Shown: positions 39,033 through 52,694 of the stretch, piece after piece
Numbering within the stretch: position 1 is the first letter of the stretch
Layout of the letters: each line of letters starts with the position of its first letter
Origin: Octopus vulgaris
Taxonomy: Eukaryota
Reading direction: 5' to 3'
Length of the DNA stretch: 64,000 nucleotides
Assembly (NCBI GenBank): GCA_951406725.2
Contig: OX597827.1
Coordinates: 77,376,001 to 77,440,000 of the forward strand
Program-made: the position numbers and the translations under genes
Notes under the pieces: generated by a model
Database searches by the model: none
What the model was told of the DNA's origin: nothing
What the model saw: only the letters and a program-made list of their open reading frames with translations

Positions 39033-40513
39033 CACACACACACGTTAAGTGGAACTAATTAAAGACTTGGCTCATCAGCTTCTACCTTTCATAGCTATAT
39101 TTATTTCAGTGACTTTTCTGTGGGAGGGAAACCATGAACACCACAAACTCCCAATTCTTCTTTCGTTATGAATTTGCTAACCTTGTGCTTAAGTAAATGT
39201 TTTATTTTATATTATTTTATATTATTTCCAGTTTATTCGATTCTTTTTTTTTTTTAACCCACATACAGCTTTTTTATGGTGTTTGGAGTAGTGGTGATGT
39301 TGTGGCTTTCATGTCTTTTTTTCTCTTCTCCTCGTGATATTAGACTACAGTTAGTTTATATTTATGGTTTTCCCGGCTTGTTTCTGTCGGAAATATTTGG
39401 GTGATATAATACGTACATCTATATGTGTGTGTGTGTGTGATATAGCTTGAGGCCTATCTTTGAAACATTAGTACCATTTTTTTTTCTCTTTGAATTGCTC
39501 GTTTTCTTTAACGTTCCCCTCTGTCTTTCTCCGCTATAACCCCACCACCACCACCATCATCATCATCACCATCATGTACTAGTAACATTACCACCACCAC
39601 CATCATCGTCATCAAAGCCGACATCAAGGAGCCGCTACGCGGTCGCTCGATCGACCTACTAGAAATAACTGCCAAGTGGCCCTTAATTCTCAATCTGGAA
39701 AACAAAACAAAAACAAAACAAAACGGAAACAGGAAAAAAAAAAAAAGACGGGCTGGTCAAGGCTGGAACGCTTCTGATCATTAATTGGGCTCGATGAGAG
39801 CTGACCTGGGCCTAAACACCACCATCGTCGTCGCCGTCGTCGCCATCATCCTACCCTTCCTCTCATCACCCACCGCTAACTACCACCATTTCCCCCCCAC
39901 CATCGTCACCCTCAACGATACTATCACCACCACCACTATTATTACCGCCACCACTACCACCACCACCACCAATATTGAAAGAATCGCTTCAGTTTAAATA
40001 TGAAGTGGGGAGGGGGGAGGAGAGAAGGGGAGGGCAATGAATGAATTCCTGGAATAATCTTGACTCATAGGAAAATTATTGAACCTCTCTCTCTCTCTCT
40101 CTTTCGCATGGTGTTCCACTTTTGTTCAGTGCCCCCCCTCTTCTCTTTTCTCATAGCATCCCCTCCCGTCTCTTTTTTCTCGTTTTCGCTACCCCCCTCT
40201 TTTTTCTATTACACTGCACCCCCCTCCCTCGCTTATATTACACTGCCCTTCTTTTTTTCTTATCTTCCTCTCACTCTTTCAGTCCTCTCTGTCTCTTCTT
40301 TTGTCTTTCACTCTACCCTCCCCCTTATCTTCTATCACAGTCTCCCTCTCTCTTTACATCATTCTGTCTTTCTCACATCTCTCTCTCTCTCTCTTTCTAT
40401 CTTTATATATAATGAACTCACTATTTGCTCTTAGTAATCTACGCATTTATCTAATTATCTACCTATGTATCTCTCTCTCTATTTATCTATCCCTATCAAT
40501 CTGTCTCTCTCTG

Positions 40514-40546
<33 letters not shown>

Positions 40547-41618
40547 CACTGATGTTATATATCCTCCTTTTCATACAATAGTTTTGGCTTCTGAGACGCC
40601 AAGGTGCAACGGATAGAAGTTGTGAGGTTCATTCATTCGCATTCTGCACAACCGTCAACAGCAACAGCCGTCCCCACCACCTCCAATGCAATAAGAATGA
40701 TGATTTCATTTCACTCAGTGCTTGATGTTGCTTAGTTTTCATTGAGCAGACGTATACCTGTTCCATCCATGACCACTATGTCTAGGACAAGATTATACAA
40801 TGAGATATTCATTGTAACTGACAGTGGATTGTGGAATATAATTAATTGAAGATATGTCTGCCTTCTCTTGATCAAGAACCCTTCAGATTGGTTTCCTGTT
40901 ATAATTTTCCATTTGCATCTAAGATGCCTTACAAAAATATTAAATCAACTCCAGTACTTGACTGATATTTTCTTTTACAACCCCTGTCACCCCCCCCCCA
41001 CTACCCCCTTCCAAAGGCTTGAAAGCGAAGTCGACGTCAGCGACAACATTTTAATTGAATATGATAAGAGCCAGCACTAAAAACTGCAGGTGTTTAATCT
41101 GACCTTTAATAGTTCTGTTAATCCATCTGCCAATACCACACTCAGTGATCTCGGGATCGGAACCAGGGAATGCGGGGCACCAAATCATGATCATTCACCA
41201 CTCTTTAACGTCCGTTTTCCATGCTGGCATGGGTTGGATGGTTTGACAGGAGCTGGCAAATCGGAGTGCATCAGGATCCAGTTGTCTGTTTTGGCATGGT
41301 CCCTACAGCTGGAAACCTTTCCTAATGCCAACCCCTTAACAGAGTGTACCAGGTGCTTTTTATATGGCACCAGCACATCTGCTTCTTAGATTGTACCAGC
41401 ACAGGGGCTTTTGTACGTGACATCAGTACAGGCCCACGAGGAGCACAACAGCTCCAGGCTGAGTTAGTTGACATCTCTCATTTGTATTTTCTTATTCTAG
41501 CTGAAACCTTTATCCTCTGTTTTTGCCTTATCCCTCCCTTTATCTAGTACCACAGAGACAGTCTTTTATCAACCATCTGCCCCCACACTAGATTTCACTA
41601 TGTCAGTCCCAGGAGACA

Positions 41619-41998
41619 GGGAAGCACTCTGTCGGTTACGATGACGAGGGTTCCGGTTGATCCGATCAACAGAACAGCCTGCTCGTGAAATTAACGTGTA
41701 AGTGGCTGAGCACTCCACAGACACGTGCACCCTTAACGTAGTTCTCGGGGATATTCAGTGTGACACAGAGAGTGACAAGGCCGGCCCTTTGAAATACAGG
41801 TACAACATAAACAGGAAGTAAGAGAGAGAGAGTTGTGGTGAAAGAGTACAGGAGGGATCACCACCATCCCCTTCCGGAGCCTCGTGGAGCTTTAGGTGTT
41901 TTCGCTCAATAAACACTCACAATGCCCGGTCTGGGAATCGAAACCGCGATCCTACGACCGCGAGTCCGCTGCCCTAACCACTGGGCCATTGCACCTCC
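41619..41998 (-). mobile_element. tRNA(Arg)-like SINE family C
   Basis: Head GGAGGTGCAATGGCCCAGTGGTTAGGGCAGCGGACTCGCGG and 8-bp TSD aggagaca. The 3' ~190 bp is shared with family B. Confidence 0.9.
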
Positions 41999-42189
41999 AG
42001 GAGACAACCCCCTAATTAGTTGTAATTAAATAGCCTGCTCTCCCTGTAGCATGGATATATGCTGATTTCTCAGACTGCAGCAGAAACAACCTGTTTTGGA
42101 AAGCACCACCTCTTAGTACAAACTAACACAGAGTAAAGAGGGCTTCTGTAGTGTGAGTGACCTGAGAAAATGACCACAGTCCATACTGA

Positions 42190-42900
42190 TAGAAAGGGCA
42201 TCCAGCTGTAAAAAGAAAAGAAAACACCAAAACTATGACAGTCATCTCAAAAGAAAACCCTAGTTGTATATACTTTCCATTACTGCATACAGTAATGGGA
42301 TGGCCAGGTGGAAATACTTGACCTTGTGCAAAACCATTTGGCCATCTTCAAACAATTGCACCAAATGTCTTCCTTTCAGATACAGGAAATAGATATCAAA
42401 CAAGCCAGATGCCGCCAGAAAACTCTCCTCTCTTCGTCAAGTGTTACACTTCAGGGCTCTCACCATCAGTGCTAGTACAATGAAAAGTAGTTATGGAGAA
42501 GTGTAAGAGATGCTAGGATGGAGGTAAATGTGTGGTGTGTACAGGAGGTGAGATGGAGGGGAGCCTCAGGCAGACACCACCACAGTCAAGATGGCAGCTA
42601 CAAATTGTTGACAGCATTAAAGTTGGCGGAGTAGACATATTGGCAGAGAAATGGAAGATAAAAGTAATCAAAGTAGTCTGAGTATATGTCAGAATAATTA
42701 GGCTGAGATTAATCCTCGGTAAACATGACAGAGACAGTGATTTCTGTGGCATATGTGCCATAATTAGGACTCTCAGACAAGTAAAAGAATCCTTCCTATG
42801 TAGCCACCATGTAGACTTCTTTGATAACAGACAACAGCAACCTCGTTATTATGGTTAGTGACTTTAATATGTTGAATAGGTAACACCATGAAGGCTGTTT
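42190..42900 (+). mobile_element. RTE LINE 5' remnant (APE endonuclease domain)
   Basis: Decayed VWCVQEVRWRGASGR, YKLL, VGGVDI, AEKW, VIKVV, RIIRLRLIL, VISVAYVP, KESF. An AGGGCATCCAGCTGTAAAA motif lies upstream at ~42195. Confidence 0.8.
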
Positions 42901-43531
42901 TGATATATATGAAGGCTATCAAGCAGCAAGCTGGCAGGATCATTACTGTGCTGGGGAGAACCACTTAGCAGCATTTCTTCTGCCTCTACGTTTTGAGTTC
43001 AAATGTTGCTGGGTTCAACCTTGTCATTCATTGTTTCAGGATCAATGTAATTGGCTTACTCCCTCCCCCAAAATTGCTGGCCTTGTGCCAAAATTGAAAA
43101 CTGATATCTATGGAGGTTATGATTACAGTAGATGAAATGAATAAGGATCAAAGTTGTTTGGTGCTTTCATCATCATCATCCTTTAACATCCGCTTTCCAT
43201 GCTAGCATGGGTTGGATGATTTGACTGAGGGCTGGCGAACCAGATGGCTGGCGAACCAGATGGCTGCACCAGGCTCCAATCTTGATCTGCCCTTCCTAAC
43301 GCCAACCACTCCGAGAGTGTAGTCGGTGCTTTTACGTGCCACCGGCACAGGCGCCAGTAAGGCGACGCTGGTAACAATCACGTTCGATGTGATGCATATA
43401 ACCTAACCCTTTGCAGCATTAACTTTAGAAGGCCAACCACCTAATCACATACGAACACAAACCAAGGAAATGCTGTACTCACCTGTAAGAGAGAGAGAGA
43501 GACAGGTAGATTGTTGTAAATGCTAAGTATT

Positions 43532-43740
43532 GGCAATCTTTCGGTACAAGTACTATAACTGCCAAGTCTGTTTGTTTACATTTGAAGAAGAAGATCGTCA
43601 CTTTCTGTAAAGTTTTTTTTATATATATGTGGGGTTAGGGTTAGGGGTGGGGGAAAAGGGTTTCTTTTTTCTTCAGAAATGTAAACAAACCCACGTGGGT
43701 TTATGATTGGCAGTTATGGTACTTGTACCGAAAGATTGCA
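43532..43740. mobile_element. Merlin-like MITE (~209 bp)
   Basis: 34-bp TIRs ggcaatctttcggtacaagtactataactgccaa, fitting the GGNRM start. Flanks share aagtatt. Internal GGGTTAGGGTTAGGG. Confidence 0.7.
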
Positions 43741-44079
43741 TTGAAGTATTTACCTGGTGATTAATGGTCCAAAGTAAAGGAGAGATGGATCCAATCTGGA
43801 GAAGGAAGGTATTTGAAGCTGAAAGATCCCTTAGCCAGATATGGGTTCAAAAGAAGTATTGATGAGAAGTAGGGGCAATAGGGATCATTCAGGGTTTTTA
43901 CGAGAGAACTTGATGCCAGTCACAGACCAGATATCTGTGGATGGAGCAAGGTGGCAGTCAGATGGAATGTGACTTGATGGTGGAATGGTAGGGTAGATGG
44001 AGCTGTAAAAACCAAGGGACATGCCTGAAAAGAAAGAATGAAAGAAAAGGGGTAGCAACAGGAGATGGCATTATGTATC

Positions 44080-45258
44080 TTTTATCCTTTACTTGTTTCA
44101 CTTGTTAGACTGTGGCCATGCTGGGGCATCGCCTTGATGGATTTTCAGTCAAATGAATCAACTTCAGTCCTTATTTTTGTTTTTCAAATTTAGTACTTAT
44201 TCTATCAGTCTCTTTTGCTGAACTTCTAAGTTATGGAGGTGTAAACATGCTAACATCAGTGATGATGGGGGACAAACACACACACACATATGTATACAAC
44301 AGGCTTCTTTCAGTTTCTGTTTACCAAATCCATTTGCAAGGCTTTGGTTGGCCTGAGGCTATAGTAGAAGACACCTGCCCAAGATACTACGCAGTGGGAT
44401 TGAACCCAGAACCATGTGGTTGGGAAGCAAACTTCTTACCACACAGCCATGCCTGCGCCCATATATAGAAGAAAAGCTTGATATTATATTTAGAAAAAAG
44501 GGAAACGGAGTCAGTTGTTTATCAATGTTTCGTAATGTGACGGTCAGAGGAATGGAGTGTTGCTTTGATGTGAGGATCAGAGGATTGCCATGTCAGTATG
44601 AATCAGGGTATTGTTGGGGTGACTTGTAATATTGAGGACCTTTATTGATGCTGAGAAGTTGTGGAATGCTACTTGAAGTTGTTAAACAAGGGGAATGAAT
44701 TGGAGATTGGAGAGAAAGGAAAGGGCTACTCCAAGTAGACAACAGAGAGAGCAGCTATATGACCAAAGCAGCCATTAGGGATACATAGATGGGCAAAGCA
44801 GCTTGACCATCTGTGATGGTTGTTGAGAAGCTGGAAATATTGGTTGAAGGAGGACATGCAAAGGAGATGCTCTGGGAAAAAAATGTTGATATATAGGTGC
44901 AGGAGTGGCTGTGTGGTAAGTAGCTTGCTTACCAACCACATGGTTCCAGGTTCAGTCTCACTGCATGGCACCTTGGGCAATTGTCTTCTACTATAGCCTC
45001 AGGCCAACCAAAGCCTTGTGAGTAGATTCAGTAGATGGAAACTAAAAGAAGCCCATCGTATATATGTGTGTGTGTGTTTGTCCCCCTACCATTGCTTGAC
45101 AACCGATATTGGTGTGTCCTCCGTAACATAGCAGTTTGGCAAAAGGGACCGATAGAATAAGTACTAGGCTTACAAAGAATAAGTCTTGGGGTTGATTTGT
45201 TTGACTAAAGGTGGTGCTCCAGCATGGCTGCAGTCATGTGACTGAAACAAGTAAAAAA
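44080..45258. mobile_element. Divergently oriented SINE A copies (44080-44459 minus, 44896-45258 plus)
   Basis: Matches to family A in opposite orientations. Confidence 0.8.
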
Positions 45259-46379
45259 GTATATGAAATTGATGGATCATGTGATGAAAGTAACAAAACG
45301 AGTTGTAGCAGAGGTAATTAGGAAGAAAACTGAGATGAGACAGCCACACGATGGAGAAGTTCTTAGTTGAGTACAAAGCCTCTTTGTCTGCTTGGGAGAA
45401 GACCTTCCTTTGATGGATATTGTCATCTGTAATCTAGGGGTTGCTAAGAAATAGATACAGGATAATGAATACCGTTTTATTTGCTGTGGATTGCACAGGA
45501 AATAATCGGTAGGGCTTAAATCATCATCACCATCATCATCGTTTAATGTCCGCTTTCCATGCTAGCATGGGTTGGACAATTTTGACTGAGGGCTGGCGAA
45601 CCAGACGGCCGCACCAGGCTCCAATCTTGATCTGGCGGAGTTTCTACAGCTGGATGCTCTTCCTAACGCCAACCACTCCGAGAGTGTAGTGGGTGCTTTT
45701 TACGTGCCACCAGCACGGGGCCAGTCAGGTGGTACTGGCAATGACCTCGCTCGAATCTTTTTATACATGCCCCCGGCACAGGTGCCAGTAAGGCGACGTT
45801 GGTAACAATCACGCTCGAATGGTGCCCTTTTACGTACCAGTATTTTCGAAATAGCAACAACAAAAAAAAAGGAAAACTGAATTCTACACCACAAGTGCTT
45901 AGATAACGAATGCAGTAATGAATTACAATTTTTAATTAGTATCATTAGTTAGATTTTTTTCTGTTTTTTAGATGTTATTAATTCAGAAGTTTGTAGTATC
46001 TCTGTCACATTCATATCTGGATACCTTGATTTGGGAGCTCTTAAAATTCCTCTCTTGAGGTTGTGGTCCTTTGTCTTCATATCTATTGTTGATCTTTAGT
46101 CTCACTCATGTTAGTCCTGTTCAATCAGATTGATGATGAATGACACATTGCTGTCAGCATTTTTTTCATGTTGTAGATGTTGACAAGCTATCAGAAATCC
46201 ATAGTGATTTTTTAAAAACTTTTTTTAGTAAGGGCCATGAGTACAATCCCCTGTCTTCGTGGCCCCAGTGTTGAGAAAAGAGCAAACCTGTCTCAGTCCA
46301 CCAAGATCTACCTTGATTCCTTCTCTCTGTGTGTGGCCAGTGATGAGATTTAGTCTTGGAACACACAGAATTGAAACAG

Positions 46380-46817
46380 ATATTCTTTTCTACTCTAGGC
46401 ACAAGGTCCAACATTTTTGTGGAGGGGGCCAGTCAATTACATCGACCCCAGTACATGACTGGTACTTAATTTATTGACCCCGAAAGGATGAAAGGCAAAG
46501 CTGAACTCAGGACGTAAAGACAGACAAAATACCTCTAAGCATTTCGCCCGGTGTGCTAACACTTCTGTCAGCTCGCCGCCCTTGAATTGAAACGGATATT
46601 GGTTACAAACTTTGGCAAAAGGCTGGCACTTTCGAGGGAGAGGGTAAGTCAATTACATCCACCCCAGTGCACAACTGGTCCTTATTTCATCAACCCCTGA
46701 AAAGATGAAGGGCAAAGTCACACTTGACAGAATTTGAACTCAGAATGTAAAGACTAACAAAATGCTGCTAAGCATTTCATTGGGTTTGCTGAAGGTTCTG
46801 TCAGCTCTTGCCCTTCT

Positions 46818-46856
<39 letters not shown>

Positions 46857-47575
46857 CCTTTCTATGATAGACACAAGGCCTGAATTTTGGTGGGGGTAGG
46901 TGCATGGGTAAGTCGATTACATGGACCCCAGTGTTTCACTGGTACTTAATTTATTGACCCTGAAAGGATGGAAGGCAAAGTAGACCTCGGCGGAATTTGA
47001 ACTCGGACCATAAAGACATGAAATGCTGGAAAGTGTGTCACCCAGCATACTAACAATTCTGCCAGCTCACTGCCTTGAAGAAGAAGAAGAAGAATGATAA
47101 TAATAATAATAATAATAATAAGAATAGTTTCAAATTTTGCCACAAGGGCAGCCATTTTTGTGGGGAGGAAATGTGTCGATTACATCGACCCCTGTGATCA
47201 ACTGGTACCTAATTTATTGACCCCTGGAAGGATGAAAGGTAAAGTCGACCTCGGCGGATTTTGAACTCACAACATAACGGCAGATGAAATACCTATTTCT
47301 TTACTACTCACAAAGGGCTAAACATAGAGTGGACAAACAAGGACAGACAAAGGGATTAAGTCGATTACATTGACCCCAGTGCGTAACTGGTACTTAATTT
47401 ATCGACCCCTGAAAGGATGAAAGGCAAAGTCAACTTTGGGAGAATTTGAACTCAAAACCTAACGGCAGATGACATACCGCTAAGCATTTCACCTGGCATG
47501 CTAACAATTCTGCCAGCTCACTGCCTTAATAATGATGATGATGATTTCAAATTGTGGCACAAGGCCAGCAATTTC
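46380..47575 (-). mobile_element. Cluster of about 5 tandem or nested SINE D copies
   Basis: Repeated reverse matches separated by (AAT)n. Other D copies at 7570-7750, 20771-20987, 23447-23562, 42960-43100, 49880-50095 and 50940-51155. Confidence 0.85.
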
Positions 47576-48515
47576 AGTCTCACAGCACGGCACCTTGGGT
47601 AAGTGTTTTATTATAGACACTGGCTGACAAATGCCTTGTGAATGGATTTGGTTTGACAGAAACTATGGGAGCTCAATGGGTTTGTGTTTCCCCACCACCA
47701 TTGGACAACCAGCATTGGTTTATTTACATTCCCATAACTTCTAAAGAGAATGACAAGACTTTAAAAAAAAATAAGTGCAAGGATCAATTTATTTGCTTGA
47801 ACCCTTCAAGGTGGTGCTCCAGTATGGCTGCAGTCCAATGACTGAAACAAGTAAAAGTTAACAGACAGCCTGTTGTTGACTTGCTATAAAATATCTGGTG
47901 TCTTCTTAATGAGCCAATCAGCCTCTACGTGGTCGCTCAACATGCTAGACATAACAACGTAACCTCTGTTTCAATTAATTTTGCAAATAATGAAGAATTT
48001 ATTAAAATAAGTTTGCCATTATTAAGCTGGTGTGTGGAATATAAATTAACATAGAATTTAGATGGAAAGTTTGGATTTAAATCACTTTAACCCTTTGGTA
48101 TCTAATCTGGCCATATCTGGTCCCCAAATATTCTACCTGTTTTATAATCAAGCTAGTCAGATCTGGCCTCTCACACCTACCCTACAATGTCATTCTAAAA
48201 ATAAACAATTGCAGGAGTGGCTGTGTGGTTAGAAGCTTGCTTTTTATATCTTTTATGGCGAGTGTGTGGGTGAGCATGTGTGTTTCAATGTGAGGGTGGA
48301 TGCGTATATACGTGTAGGCACATGTACATGGGTGTTCAGGGGCACATGTGTATGTATGGACATGCGCGCTTATGCGATTACTATGATTATTTTTATTCCC
48401 TTACCTTTACTCCTCCCCCTTATGTAGCGGTCATTCTAACAGCTCTTTTGTCTTACTAATGGTCAATCACACAGTAATTTCCCTTTGTTTAATGGTCATT
48501 TTTTTTTTGATGTCC

Positions 48516-48578
48516 TGATAACTGAAGAGATGCCAGCATAGGTTTCTGCCCTGACATCCGAAACTCGGAGTTTTATCA
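48516..48578 (+). ncRNA. Minimal type-I hammerhead ribozyme motif, intact core
   Basis: tgataa-CTGAAGA-gatg...catc-c-GAAA-ctcggag-TT-ttatca: 6-bp stem I, stem II closed by gatg/catc, short stem III, GUU triplet. Same family as 6070-6216. Confidence 0.7.
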
Positions 48579-49650
48579 TGGCTACCAAATAATTGTCACA
48601 TATTATATTTACAGATATATATATATATGATGATGATGATATATACATATATACGATGGGCTTCTTTCAGTTTCCGTCTACCAAATCCACTCACAAGGTT
48701 TTGGTTGGCACGAGGTTATAGTAGAAGACACTTGCCCAAGATGCCACGCAATGGGACTGACACCGGAACCCTGTGGTTTGTAAGCAAGCTACTTACCACA
48801 CTAACCACTCCTGTGCCTATGGCTTTCTTTCAATTAATTTTTCAAACAATGAAGAATTTGCTAAAAGATCTTTGCCATTATTAAAGCTGATGGCTGAAGC
48901 ACAAATTTGTAGGAAATTTTGATGGAAAGTTTAATTTAGCTAACTTTAAAACAGGAAGTTTGTACCATAGGGACCAGGGGTCGTCTCAAGTTGTTTGGTA
49001 TTGAAATGGTTAATTCCCACTCCAACTTCACACTAGCATCTGATAAAAGGAGTGACATTAGATAATGTAGCCATAGATACTTGATGCTCAAGAGGAGGTT
49101 TAAGTGGAAATGGTAGAAGCAGACACTTGCTGCCATCAGTGAAGCCTGTATGTGGTCGCTTGATCTGCTAGAAACAGCAGCCAAATATCCCTCGCTGTTT
49201 TAAAAAGGAAATGTTACTTAATGTAGTCCTGGCTTCTTGGATTGTAGGAAATGACTGAAATGGTCATGGCTGGAATACTTTTGATCACAGGTTTGGCCAG
49301 TCAGGGTTGACCTAGGGTTAAAAAATAACAGAAGTCTATGTGGTCTTGTCATTGGTTTATCCTTTAGGAATGGCCAGTGGTTAGGTGTAGCAGTTCTCTA
49401 TTTTGGTCTGCATTCCATAGTACAAGAGGCCAATGTGTAGACTTCTACATGGTCTATAGAGCTGCTAAAGATAACAGCTAAAACTACTTCTAATCATACT
49501 TTATCATCTTAAAAAACAGAACACATTGGAAAATGTAGAGTTGGATATACAAAAGGTTGGGATGGTCACAGCTAGATTGTCTTTGATCATATATGTATTT
49601 GACCAGGGACAACTGACCTGAGGTTAAATGACATCCAGTAGCATAAACTA

Positions 49651-50093
49651 TGTAAGCCTGGTACTTATTCTATCGATCTCTTTTGCTGAAGCGTAAAGTT
49701 ACAGGGATGTAAACACACCACCATCTGTATGATTATTTGACATTGTGTGGAGTGTGGGTCATGGATGGAGAGAGAGAGAAAGGGAGAGATTACTTAATCA
49801 TACAGCTAAATTCATGTTAGTGTATTTATTATTGATATATTTAAATATATACTTGTGTATATATGTATGTACCATAATGATCCTTTCTACTAAAGGCACG
49901 AGGCCTGAAATTTTGGGGGAGGGGACTAGTTGATTACATCAACTCCAGTACTTAACTGGTACTTAATTTATCGACCCCTAAAGGATGAAAGGCAAAGTCG
50001 ATCTCAGCAGAATTTGAACTCAGAACATAGCAATAGGTGAAATAATGCTAAGCATTTTGTCCAGCATGCTAATGATTCTGCCAACTCGCTGCC

Positions 50094-50145
<52 letters not shown>

Positions 50146-51155
50146 TAATAACAACAACAGCAGTAGCAGCAGCAGCAACAACATCAACAACAACAACATG
50201 GGAATCTTCTGTTGATTTGAATATATCAAGGCCTGACTGTTAGGCTAACCACACAGTTGATTTATTTTCAATAGTGAAAGCTTGTGTAGAACCAGTTACA
50301 CTTTTTGGAAATGCTGATAGCAGAATTTTGGTGCAAATATTGGCTTCAAATTCACTGAACAATATACCTTAGGCTTTCCTATTGGAGTTCTCCTTCTGGG
50401 TTAATTACCTTTGTGACAGTTTAGAGGTCTCCCCCCTGTATATACCTACACCATACTTAGAACCAGTTCCGAGTCGGATCTATGGTATATGATGGAGTTG
50501 GTGCTTAGCTTCATATTAGCAGTATCTGACCAACACACAATGCTATCATGGTTTTACATTATTGCAGACCCTATGTTATCATACCTAGCTATGCAACCAC
50601 ATAGGCACCTAAAACAACGAAAACAGCTTATGTTACCAGGTCATACTTGCAGCCATGCAGGAGCACTGCTTTTGGTCAAGCAAATCGCTCCCACCCCATC
50701 GGATTTATTCTTTGTAAGCCTGGTATTTATTCTATCAATCTCTTTTTCTGAAGCGTAAAGTTACAGGAATGTAAACACACCACCATCTGTATGATTATTT
50801 GACATTGTGTGGAGTGTGGGTCATGGATGGAGAGAGAGAGAAAGGGAGAGATTACTTAATCATACAGCTAAATTCATGTTAGTGTATTTATTATTGATAT
50901 ATTTAAATATATACTTGTGTATATATGTATGTACCATAATGATCCTTTCTACTAAAGGCACGAGGCCTGAAATTTTGGGGGAGGGGACTAGTTGATTACA
51001 TCAACTCCAGTACTTAACTGGTACTTAATTTATCGACCCCTAAAGGATGAAAGGCAAAGTCGATCTCAGCAGAATTTGAACTCAGAACATAGCAATAGGT
51101 GAAATAATGCTAAGCATTTTGTCCAGCATGCTAATGATTCTGCCAACTCGCTGCC

Positions 51156-51213
<58 letters not shown>

Positions 51214-51754
51214 TAATAACAACAACAGCAGTAGCAGCAGCAGCAACAACATCAACAACAACAACATGGGAATCTTCTGTTGATTTGAATATATCAAGGC
51301 CTGACTGTTAGGCTAACCACACAGTTGATTTATTTTCAATAGTGAAAGCTTGTGTAGAACCAGTTACACTTTTTGGAAATGCTGATAGCAGAATTTTGGT
51401 GCAAATATTGGCTTCAAATTCACTGAACAATATACCTTAGGCTTTCCTATTGGAGTTCTCCTTCTGGGTTAATTACCTTTGTGACAGTTTAGAGGTCTCC
51501 CCCCTGTATATACCTACACCATACTTAGAACCAGTTCCGAGTCGGATCTATGGTATATGATGGAGTTGGTGCTTAGCTTCATATTAGCAGTATCTGACCA
51601 ACACACAATGCTATCATGGTTTTACATTATTGCAGACCCTATGTTATCATACCTAGCTATGCAACCACATAGGCACCTAAAACAACGAAAACAGCTTATG
51701 TTACCAGGTCATACTTGCAGCCATGCAGGAGCACTGCTTTTGGTCAAGCAAATC
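49651..51754. repeat. Near-identical tandem duplication, period ~1062 bp
   Basis: 49651-50686 matches 50713-51754 apart from two extra AAT units and a few substitutions near the start. Confidence 0.95.
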
Positions 51755-52102
51755 CACTCACACGGCTTTGGACTGCCCAAGACTATAGTAGAAGACACTT
51801 GCCTAAGTTGCCGTGCAGTGGGACTGAACCCAGAACCATGTGGTTGAGAAGCAAGCTTCTTACCACATAGCCAAGCCTATGCCTATACACACACGTATCA
51901 TGGATTTGGATGGCCATTGACTCTTCTGAGTTTATCCTCCCTTTGACTGGTCTAGTTTTCCATCCCGCAAAGTTTAGTGTCAGTTCTACATCTAAGAACC
52001 ATCTTACTCACTAAGTAGGCTTGGTGGTGTTGCTGGATAAGTTGTGGATGGCCCAACCATGCAACAGGTGGTACTGTATTACATGTTACCAGCAGCATTT
52101 AA

Positions 52103-52577
52103 CCCTTTTGTTACCAACCTGGCTGAAACCGGTTCTGGCTCTGTAGTACAAATCTCTTGTTTTCATAAGTTTTGAATTAAAATCTTGCACCAAACCTTAA
52201 TCACAATTTATGCTCCTAACACTAGCTGAATGATAACCAAGTTATTTTACTAAATTCTTTGTTATATTTAAAATTAATTGAAAGAAACGCAGAGCATCTC
52301 AACAGAAATATGGTAAGAAAAGGGTTAAAATATATAATAGAGAAACAATTCTTAACCCTTTTGATACCAACCTGGCTGAAACAGGTTCTGGCTCTGAGTA
52401 CAAATGTCTTGTTTTCATAAGTTTTGAATTAGAATCTTCCACCAAACCTTAGTCACAGTTTATGTTCCTAACACTAGCTGAATGATAACTAAGTTATTTT
52501 ACTAAATTCTTTGTTATATTTAAAATTACTTGAAAGAAACACAGAGCATCTCAACAGAAATACGGTAATGAAAGGGG
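52103..52577 (+). mobile_element. Dimeric piggyBac-type MITE
   Basis: Units at 52103-52324 and 52356-52577 with TIRs CCCTTTTGTTACC / GGTAAGAAAAGGG and TTAA flanks (last flank TTAG). Confidence 0.85.
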
Positions 52578-52694
52578 TTAGAGTGACTTGACTGAGGAAT
52601 CTAGAGGCTGCTCCTGTCCATCTTGTTGCACTCAGCACATGTCTACCCACCATCACTCCAGCATTTCAACAATCTCACCAGTCGGTTCTTTCAT

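Noticed and set aside
41925-41998. Possible tRNA-Arg gene (also tRNA-like heads at 6295, 4685, 10500 and 60270)
   Set aside because: A and B boxes are present, but there is no acceptor stem and most run directly into SINE bodies with TSDs.
43630-43655. Interstitial telomere (TTAGGG)
   Set aside because: Only about two units, internal to a MITE present twice in the window.
43760-45500. Possible decayed CR1/L2 LINE between the SINE A copies
   Set aside because: Only faint motif resemblance by eye, with inconsistent segment order. It needs a translated profile search.
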